Positions 46,460 through 56,025 of a stretch of DNA of 64,000 bases are shown here, piece by piece; the stretch's first letter is position 1; every line of letters begins with the position of its first letter. Both the position numbers and the translations under genes were made by a program. The stretch lies in assembly GCA_965645245.1 (NCBI GenBank), contig OZ287067.1:124001-188000 (forward strand), given 5' to 3'. The notes beneath the pieces were generated by a model. It did not search any database. It saw only the letters and a list, made by a program, of their open reading frames with translations, and was not told the DNA's origin. The DNA comes from Massalongia carnosa (taxonomy: Eukaryota).

Positions 46460-49400
46460 TGACTGATCCAATGGTCGTCGGGTTGATGTTGAGCACCTGG
46501 CCCCATATCCTCTGCATCTGCCGCTCTACCTCTGAAATTGACTGCCGCTTCGTGCCTCGTCCTGCCGTCTGCATTTCAGCCAGTTGTTGGACAGAGAATG
46601 ACCCGCCGATCTCACACAGTCGTCTCCGGTTTTTCTTTCCTGTGGCTGTCATAGGCAGCTCCCGCATGGAAAAGAACACTGTCGGTATCATATAGCTCGG
46701 TAGATGCTCGGCCAACCTGCCCTCAAGACTAGCATCAATGAGGAGTAAACTGGCAAAGACACTCCCTCGCCGGTCTGTCTCTGTGACATCATCATTCATC
46801 TGGACAAACGCTGCTAACATTGGGCTTGAATTGTCCCCTTCCGGCACAATCACCTCGATCACAACATGCTCTGCCTCCAGCATGCACTCCTGGACGTGGT
46901 GCGCAACCTCTTCAAGCTCGACTCGCTGTCCACGGATCTTGACTTGCGTGTCTTTCCGCTTGATACACGTTAGACTTCCATCTTCGTTGTACCGGACCAG
47001 GTCACCTGTCTTGTAGAGTCGTCCATGCCTTCCTGGCCGATCTAGCGCGTCTTGTAACAACCATACTGGGTCCTCAATGAATACCGCTGCCGTCTTTTCT
47101 GGATTGTTCACGTAGCTAGGGCCGACAAGCGGCCCTTCAAGTAGTAGCTCGCCGATGGATCCAAGTGGGAGCAGATGATCGTGGTTTTTTGAATCGACAA
47201 CCCAAGTCACGAGCCCGGCACCTTTTCCTATGGGAGTGGTCTCTTCTGGACTAGATGCACTGCAATTGATCGTACTGAGTGTGGTGCATTCGCTTGGTCT
47301 ATATGCTTGGAGGACCCGCACCTTACCCCCACCAAGGTTTTACATCGTTAATATGAACTTTCTCACCAGCCAAAATAATCATCTGTAACTGAGTTGTCTA
47401 CTCGGGAACTAGAAGCTGAGCAACAGACGGGGTAAGATCGATGACATTAGCATGGAGAGATGCTATGCTCTCCGTCAGCTTATTCCTCCGGTCTTGATCG
47501 CTTGGGACACATAAACAACCACCCACAAGAAGGGTTGTAAAAGCGTTGCTAATAGTTGCATCAAAGCCTTAGGATGCAAAATCAAAGACTCTTGAGTCTG
47601 TCGTCAATCCTCGGAGTCTTAGCTGATGGTGGAGAGCTGAAGCCACATGCCTGTGGGTTATCACTACCCCTTTTGGTGTCCCTGTACTGCCTGATGTGAA
47701 AACCACATACATGACAGACCATGGGCTGGGGCCAGAAAGGTGCTCAATCGGTCCATCACCCAGGTCTGCAAAAAATTCCGAACTGACAGTGATAACCTGT
47801 TGCGCTAGCCGCGAGCTCAGAGCATAGTTGGAGAGAGAAAATAGGACCAGGCTTGCTTTGGTTTGTTTGACGATGTCCTGAAGACGTTGCTCAAGATGTG
47901 AGGGGTCAAGCAAGACAAAGCCGCCGCCCGCCTTAAGCACGCCAAGTATCGTGACTGTCGTCCACATTGACTTCTCAAAACAGAGTGGCACCAGAACGTC
48001 CGGCCTGACACCGAGCTCGACAAGCCGGCCCGCTAGTCCCATAGCAAGCTGGTTTAGTTCGCTGTATGTTAGCTCACCATCCCACGCGCGCACACGGCTG
48101 GTGCGCTAGGCTGAGCCTGTGCCTGCTCCTCAATCATCTTGTGGACGCATCGCTCGACTGACACTGGAACAATGCTATTCCATTCCCATATCTCTTTGAG
48201 GTCTTTCTGTGTGACCATCTTGATCTCCTTTAACGTCCGGTTAGAATTCGCATTGTCAAACTGGCCTATTACAGCTTCAAGCCGCTCTAGTAAATTCTGC
48301 ACCACCCACGGCTCGATCACCCTTGAGTCAAAGCTGGCTGAAGCTGTAATGTTGTCTGCGTCAAGCCGTATCTCAAGCATAAGAGCATATGTGCTGAATC
48401 ACTGTTGTTGGCTGCTATCCTGCCACTTCCCAAGCAGATCCTGGGTAGAGTCATTATCCTGCAGCTAAATGACAAGCAGCGTTTAGAACATGCACGATTA
48501 CTTACTATCAGGGCCCATCTTGGCAATTTGATGCAAGCCAGTCTGCTCAAAAGGGATCATATCTATTGCTTGTCGTTGTTCTGCCTCCAAATATTCTGAA
48601 ACTCTTTGGTTGCTGGCTACCTTTATGCGCACTGGAGCCGTGGCGATTGTTGGGCCTGCCATCTCATCAATGCCAACAACAGGCGCGTTCCTTCCAGACA
48701 CTGTGACGCCAAACAAAACATCATCTGAGTCTGTCATATGGCTAGTGACCAAGGCCCATGCAGCGCGGATAAGCGTTAATGTTGTAATATCCAGAGACTG
48801 TCTTTGGGGCAATAGGAATTGATGCTCTATTACTATGTCTGCCACCGGCTGTTGCACAGATGGCGGGAGGGCTGGGAACGGTGTACAATTGCAGTCTGCC
48901 AGCACTTGTTGCCAGTAATCCACCACCTTTTTATCGTCTTGCTCATCGATATATTTGATAAACGTTTTGAACTGAGGCCTAGACTCAAGCGCCTCACCAC
49001 AATATACCCGATTAACTGCGTTCATAATCAGAGGCAGTGACCAGCCATCATAGATGGCGTGTTGTACCGTCCACACGAACCACTTGTATATACCTGTATC
49101 ATCTTTGACAAGAGCATACCGGGCGAGCGGCTGACCTATCTCCATAGACTCTTTTCTGTCAGCTTGGAGATACTCATTTAGTCCTGTTGCCTCAATCCAA
49201 GGGATGTCTTCGTCCAAGACCACCTGCAAAAGGCCAATATCATTGTGCTGAACAATTCTTGTACGCAAGATTTCCATTGTCCCGGCTACTTCCTTCCATG
49301 CATTGTAGAAAGCCCCGATTGTGCTGTCTGAAGATAATTCTAGGGTACTTTGCATAATGTAGTCTCCTGATCGCTTTGATGACAGAGACAAAAGACCTTC

Positions 49401-50445
49401 TTGAAGTGGAGTGTATGGATATGCGTCCTCAATAGTAGCTGGGTCCAATTGACACTGAATCGAAATATTCTGGATGAGCAAGGTGATATCAAAGCTGTTA
49501 CCCAGAAGAGAAAATGGTATGATATACTCCAGAAGGTCATCCGCTAAACCAAGCCCCTGGTGTGCCACATGCTCCAACCGAGGATGGCGGAAGATGTTTG
49601 TCATTGCTAGTTTGACGCCAATCTTTTGAGCCTCACTCACAAGTTTCATTGCTGCAATTGAGTCACCTCCAAGCCGGAAGAAACTATCGTCAAGCTCAAT
49701 GGTCGTCGGGTTAATGTTGAGCACCTGGCCCCATATCCTCTGCGTCTGCCACTCTTCCTCTGACTTCGGCTGCCTCTTTTTGTCTTGCCCAGCTGTCTGC
49801 ATCTCAGCCAGCTGTTGAACAGAGAATGACCCACCAATCTCACACAGTCGTCTCCGGTTTATCTTTCCTGTGACTGTCATAGGTAGCTCCTTCATGGAAA
49901 AAAATACTGTTGGCACCATATACCTCGGTAGATGCTTTGCCAGCTTGTCCTCTACATCAGCAGTAATGAGAAGAATATTGGCCATGGTAGACTCTGCCTC
50001 GTTGGTTTCTGTCACATTGTAGTTTATCTTGGCGAACGCCGCTAACACTAGGCTTTGATTCTCCCCTAGCGGCATAATGACTTCAACCACAACCTGTCTC
50101 GCTTGCGGTAGGCACTCCTGCACGCGGTACTCAACCTCTCCAAGCTCAACTCGTTGTCCGCGGATCTTAACTTGTGCATCTTTTCGGCCAATGAACGTCA
50201 GGCTCCCAGCTTTGTTGTACCGCACCAGGTCACTTGTCTTATAGAGTCGTCCATATCCTCCTAGCCGACCCGGCGCCTCTTGCAGTAGCCATGCTGGGTC
50301 CTCAAAAAACGCGGCTGCAGTCTTCCCTGGATCGTTTAGGTAGCCCTGGAAGATAAGTGGCCCTTCAAGCAGTAGCTCACCGATGCATCCGAGCGGGAGT
50401 AGATTACCGTAATTATCTGGATCCACAACCCAAGCTACCAGCAGG
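46460..50445 (-). pseudogene. Non-ribosomal peptide synthetase fragment (partial A, T, C, A, partial T)
   Basis: GELLLEGP, LYKTGDL, QVKIRGQRVEL (twice), FFRLGGDSIAAMKL, YTPLQEGL, QHAIYDGWS, FTSGSTGTPKG. Frameshifts and stops; truncated at both ends. Confidence 0.93.
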
Positions 50446-51169
50446 CCCGCGGCGGGATGTCCTTCCCAAGCCGTGCACGGCCAAGCCCTCACCCGCGTTT
50501 TCGAGGGCGCACAGGAGTCTGGGAGGGTCGTAGCAGCCAATACCGCCTAGGAGGTGGGCTTGGGCTTGATGGGTGTAAGGTTTTGGTCCAGGCGCTCCCG
50601 TCTTCTCCCAGCGAGCATTTTATTTGAAAAAGTAAATGAGAAGGCAAGGATCATAGATATATTTAAAGGCAGTAAGCTGACCAGGGAGAGCTTCGAATTC
50701 GATCAAGCGCTCGTAAAACTTCACAGCAACGACCGGGGCCCAAAGACAAGGCCGATGAACGTGCGAATATACTGATGCGGACCGTCAACGGCGCAGCTAC
50801 TTCATGATGCGTCGGACGAACCGCTGGCGCTGTGCGTGATTCAGGAGGACGAAGGGGCCGGTGTCAACATGACGGAATCGACGAAAGCGCTCGCCACGAA
50901 AGAAGGGCTCGGAGGAAATCATCCGAACGTCCGTGACAGCATCATCGCGATCAGATGGGTTTGGAGGATTTTCACGATGGGAGTTCATGCTCACTGTTGA
51001 CTAGCAGGAATGCAAAGGCGTCAGAATGGACAAGGTTTCTTACGTCTGAGCATGCCATTTTTGCTAACTTGCTTCGGGCGCTCTGGGCTAGCTCCCGGCG
51101 CAGTTTTAGCACCGAGCTAGAGGCCCTGAGAGCTACTCGCAATCGCTTACAGTAGTACTGTACAAGGTA

Positions 51170-51269
51170 CAAGGTCTATAAATCTAGCTACGTATTCCCA
51201 ATATATAGAACAAAAGCAAGTGTTTTATCTTCTATTGACTTTACATTACTATCTTGCCTTTTGATACCA
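51170..51269 (+). repeat. LTR 3' segment related to the Copia 4 LTR
   Basis: GTCTATAAATCTAGCTA...GAACAAAAGCAAG...GCCTTTTGATACCA matches the reverse complement of 59380-59472. Confidence 0.8.
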
Positions 51270-51559
51270 CTACTGCTAGGAGGTTAGGAGAAGAACAAGA
51301 CAATAGAATAAAAACAATAGCTAGACTAGTCACTGTATGCCTCGTGCCTCGTGCATCGTGTCTCTTCTGTATGTGAACTGCATGTGTTGATGCTGTGTGT
51401 TGTTATAGCTATGTGTGCTGTAGCTAAGCTACAAGCATGCTCTGCTCTGTATCTAAAGGAAAAGAACTATCTGTCACCTGACTTCCGTGCCACCCATACA
51501 ACGAATTAATTATCTTCACCGTATTTGGCATGAAATTGACCACATGACCACTTTTCTTA

Positions 51560-53140
51560 TATTGATATCCTTTCACACAACGAAACTTTATAAGTATATA
51601 AATATATGGGCTCGGGCAATTAGCATCTATTTAGCGATAGATAAATGAGCCAAGTTGGAAGGCGCTGTACCTAGGTCCATGTTATTTTCAAAATTCGTTC
51701 AACCCATCGATAGTTTCTTCGCCTCTACCGAAGTCAATCTCATTACATACATCGCAAGCGCGTCATTTTAACTTGTCGAGCTTGCTGTGGAACTTCTCAA
51801 TATATTTTCAATGCTGACTACAACGGCCGCATTATCGAGAAATTGAGTTTTGACAACTGCGTCTTCCAAAGTAGAGGGCTCTTTAATGCGAGTATGACGG
51901 TTAAAATGGCTCTTCTTTGTTAAAGGAAGCTATTTGGTTCTTCATTGTGACAATTTTGCTGTTGCAATAGGAGTAAAAACAACATCTATTCGAGGTAGTA
52001 CTATACATGCCCTTTAGCAATTACCTTATTGGCCGCTTTGAATGACATTAAGATTAAACCTTGATGAATCAGCACCAGAGAAAATGCTGCTATTGACATG
52101 TTTTCTCGAGGAAAAATACCAAAGATCGCTGACAGCTATTCTAATTTCCAGACATTAGCAACACCTTTGTTCATGATCCTCCAATCTTTTGCACTCAAAC
52201 TTCTTTGACTTCTTTTGACAAAGAGTCAATCAATCTGATATGATTGGATTTAGCAACCAAGACTTGAGATTTTAATTCCTCAGCTAGAAGAAGCTACGAG
52301 ATTCATTGTCAAGTCAACAAGATCTTTTCCTATTTTCCTGTTATCTTGCAAAGAATAGCTTCAGAAATCACCGAGCTAGTCAAACGGAAAATTGCCTTTA
52401 AAACCCTCAAGGGTTACCTTGCCTGGCTTACATCTATGTTAATTGATTTTGGTGTGGAAGATCTGGCAATCTTTTATCATTCTTCACTTCAGAGACTGAT
52501 CACGGGCATCAGAAGAAGACGAGGGGAAGAAGACAATCGCGAGCGTCTTCCTATCACAAAGGATTTTCTTTTACAACTAGTGTCACAGCTTGATTTAACA
52601 GTCGAATCACAAGCAGTGATACGCGCCGCTTACTGTTTAACTTTTGCAACTTTTCTCCGAGCAGGAAAGTTCACCTGCTTAAATAAAGATTTTCAGAATC
52701 CTGAATTTGCGTCATGACAATTAATAAGACAAGCAGCAGGAATTCGGTTTAATAAGCTCTTGCTTCGAAACTGATCGAGTCAGAAAAGGCGTAATGCTTA
52801 CGGTGGAACTTGCGCAATTTCCTCTCTCCGAACACTGTTCATCCAATTTCCACGACATTCTTCTGGCCTCTTATTTTATTCAAAAGACGGGTCTGTTATA
52901 AAAGAGTATTTCATCATCCGGCTCCAATCAGATATTAATTAGCTAGGCATAAAATGAAAATTTTCCAGACATTCAGAAGAAGAGCAGCAACCACAGCTAA
53001 ACAAACGCACTTTCTAAAGAAATATAGCAACTTGGACGATAGAAATCGAATGCATACCAGCTTTACATTCAGTCTAGTTTAGATTAAGTTCTCAACACAT
53101 CTATACGTTTTCAGCGCCCTTTATCCTCGCCCGGTTGAGC
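51560..53140 (+). mobile_element. Second, older tyrosine-recombinase retrotransposon remnant
   Basis: KTLKGYL...LITGIRR...RLPIT...AAYCLTFATFLRAGKFT (52346-52717) and decayed RRAATT...LGR*KSNAYQLYI (~52970-53070). Upstream part heavily decayed. Confidence 0.75.
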
Positions 53141-53494
53141 CTTAGTCGAAGCAGCATCAGTAAGGCCAGCATCGGTCGGAACGGCACTGCCAGCAGGCCA
53201 TTCAGTTTTGGGATTTGGGAGTTTCTCTGTCACTCGCACCAGGGGCCAGCATTTCAGCGAGCAAGCTGGGCCCTTTGAGCCGAGCGTTCCTGATCCCCTA
53301 GGGCGCCAGCGTGGTGCGAATAGGAGGGAGCAGCCAAACTCTAGATAGACAAGAATGCGAGGGTTTTAACGGGTTAGACAATAATTATCAAATTTGAATC
53401 TTTTGCTTATCAGCGGGTGTGTGGATTTTTTTGTTCACCGCGTGTCACTATATCACTAGATCAGTAGTTAGCTCGTCACATCGGTGCTATGTTT

Positions 53495-53770
53495 CTACCC
53501 TATTGCACCAGCGGCAAGTAACATTTGCATCTCCTTATCATGACCTTTCGCTGATGCCGTCCACAATGTGTAGTCACAGCCTTCACTTTGTGCGTTGAGA
53601 TTAGCCTCTTTGTCGAGCGATATCTGCATCACTCGATCATGATCATTAAATGACGCCGTCTGCAGTTGCATCGTCAATGGCTCCACCTCGAGCGTTCTCA
53701 TCGGCTCTTTTCTTCAGCAGCAGCTGCAATGCTTGATCATGATCTTCTTTTGATGTCGCTTGCACTTCAT
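53495..53770 (-). pseudogene. Ankyrin-repeat gene remnant
   Basis: About three degenerate repeats, e.g. TLWTASAKGHDKEMQMLLAAGA. Confidence 0.7.
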
Positions 53771-54417
53771 CTCTGTGAATCGCAAGTCAATTATCACTTA
53801 GATCAGTGAAGGTTTTTCTGTCAACCTCAGTCCTTGCTTAAAGGCTTTGAAATGTCCAAACAAATCTCAATAATGTCAACGTACTGACCTGACATAATGA
53901 AAATGATAGGAATAGATGTCAGGACTTGATGTATTGTAATTGCTCGTCTCATCTTCAGCTATGTCGTCGATTGTGATGCTCAATCGCTTTACAATTTTAG
54001 CGTACTTTATCAAAGGCTAGGCTCGACAGGCGTAAGCACTGATTGTACGTCTTTGAAAATCTCCATCATTGCATCTACGTAGCTCAATGAAGTAAGATGC
54101 TTATTCATTCAATAATGATTTGAGATCTTGTCAGACTTTTGTTCTGAAGTGCTTACGGAAGCAAGGGCAGGATTCAGAGATCGGACATAAGTTGGATAAG
54201 CATTCTCTGCTAAGAGGCCCCTCTAGCTGCGGCATATTTGAAGCCTGGAACTCTTGTCATGCGAGCTCTTCACGTCTCACAAGGAGTCAACTTTCACCCG
54301 AAGCTGATGACTGCGCAAAAAAACTTTGTTTTGAAAGACGTCAAAAAGTCAATTGATTATTTCATGTCCCTGAATAGTTTCCTAGAATGACTCCGCAATG
54401 ATTGCCTATCCCTCGGT

Positions 54418-55681
54418 CTACACAGAGTCTTTTGGGTTAATGCCATGATAAGTATTCTTTATTTTCTGTCAGCTTGTACATCGCTATCGAATGGATAGGT
54501 GATCCTTACAGTGATACTACTCCCAGATATTTTAACACCTTCTGTGGCCGTACTATTTGCATGACCCATAATCACACCTGGATTGTTATCGATTTTGTCC
54601 CTAAAGTTAACATCGCCCATACGAACCGAATGGTTCTGTTGATTTACAGCTAACTTCAAGCGCGCGAAAGAGATGTCAGACCTGGCGATCCTCTCCAGAC
54701 CCCTTGGATCGACTATTAAGATCCGATATCCATTGAACCAACTTTTGTGAGATTCTCTTGTATCCCTCTCGGTCTTCATCCTCAAACTTGCACATATCAA
54801 CATGGTTCGCCTGGATCGACTGTGGATCGATACCAGGCAGGCAAGCCGATTCCTTGGCCACGATAAATCCCATCTTCGTCCCTCCCTCATACATAGCATA
54901 CTGTTCAAAGAAACAAGCTACTTCCACAAACTCTCTTGATTCTGAACGATCCCATGCTTTCAGGAATTTCTGAAAGGCCTCGTTAACGCTGATGAGCTTT
55001 GCCGAACGCTCTTCAAGATCCTTTATATCCTGCTTATGCGTGGTGCTTATCCAGCCCAGTATCTGTAGAGCCCTGCTTCCCCATTTTGCTTTTGACGATC
55101 CCTCAAAGGACGTTCCAAGGAAGACGACTCCAATCGTTCTCTCTACGAGGGTAGTGCTAGCAATGTCGGTACCATTGTGCCTTGACAACGCATTGGCGCA
55201 CACGAGACCCCCTAGGCTGTGCGAGACGAAAATAATCGGCCGTTCAGCCTGGACATAGACATCCTATTAGCATATTTCTGGTGGAAAGGGTAGGGGTGCG
55301 CCGATTCCTACAGTTTTGGTTTTCTCGTGGAGACTGATTAGGCTCTGAAACATTGCAGTCGCGTGATCATCAATAGTCAAATGCTCCGGGATGAATTTCG
55401 GTCCAACAAACGGATAGAAGTGAGCAAAGTCCGCATTGTAACCAAAAGAAGGATGCGAGCTGTTGGGCAGGCTTGAGTTAAGAGATCTTGCGGCCACAAC
55501 AGCGATCTATCTCGACCCTCCCATGTCCAAGTTTTCACTCTGTCGCCGCCGAGCCCGTGGACGAAGACAATACTGTTGGGTCAATACAAAGCAACCCGGA
55601 CGAGAAATGACATCTGGTGCGTACTCTATATTCGCGTCTGGAGAATCAAAGAGGGTCGCCTAATCCGTACGGTTCGGCCAT
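54418..55681 (-). pseudogene. Stand-alone SesB-like alpha/beta-hydrolase with C-terminal putative amyloid motif (two homopolymer frameshifts, possibly artefactual)
   Basis: DIVFVHGLGG, LWPQDLL, FGYNA, IIFVSHSLGGLV, FLGTSFEGS, CFFE, NHVDMCKF. Introns 55573-55624, ~55250-55311, 54636-54681, 54457-54509. Tail NHSVRMGDVNFRDKIDNNPGVIMGHANSTATEGVKISGSSITNTYHG. Confidence 0.85.
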
Positions 55682-56025
55682 GCTGGCGTTGTCATCGCAA
55701 TACTACAGAGGGGTCGTGCTTCAAATTTAGCACTATGACTTATGCGAGATAATTGTGATACCGCCTGCATGGAGAGACCAGGCGCTTCAGCACGTGCATA
55801 GCCTTGGCTCTATCAGCCATCTATCCCGCATGATGGCGGGGGCCCCTCCATCGGCGAGTCCGTGCCTATATTTATACTTAGAGATGAACAGTGCTTTTAG
55901 AAAGTCTTGGGCGTCGAGTTTCCGGCCGAGCCTAGGTGCGGTCCTGAGCACGGTAAAGGTAATGGTTTTCAAGTCTTATTCAATATAGCTCCGAGCTCTA
56001 ATGTCTACAATCTTCCGACGCAGCA
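55682..56025. promoter_or_regulatory. Putative bidirectional promoter between hydrolase and NLR
   Basis: 344 bp between divergent ATGs; AT-rich TATATTTATA at ~55868-55877 reads TATA-like on both strands. Inferred from geometry only. Confidence 0.5.

Noticed and set aside
50450..51170. GC-rich segment as a gene or long solo LTR
   Set aside because: Only short ORFs without motifs; no TSD pairs with the LTR-like end at 51269.
52346..52717. Starship captain tyrosine recombinase
   Set aside because: Motifs resemble DIRS/Ngaro-type YRs, the gene is decayed and no element boundary or typical cargo was recognised.
54459..54908. 149-aa minus ORF as a separate gene
   Set aside because: Its 5' part is an alternate frame of the hydrolase; only ~54510-54635 is modelled as a real exon.
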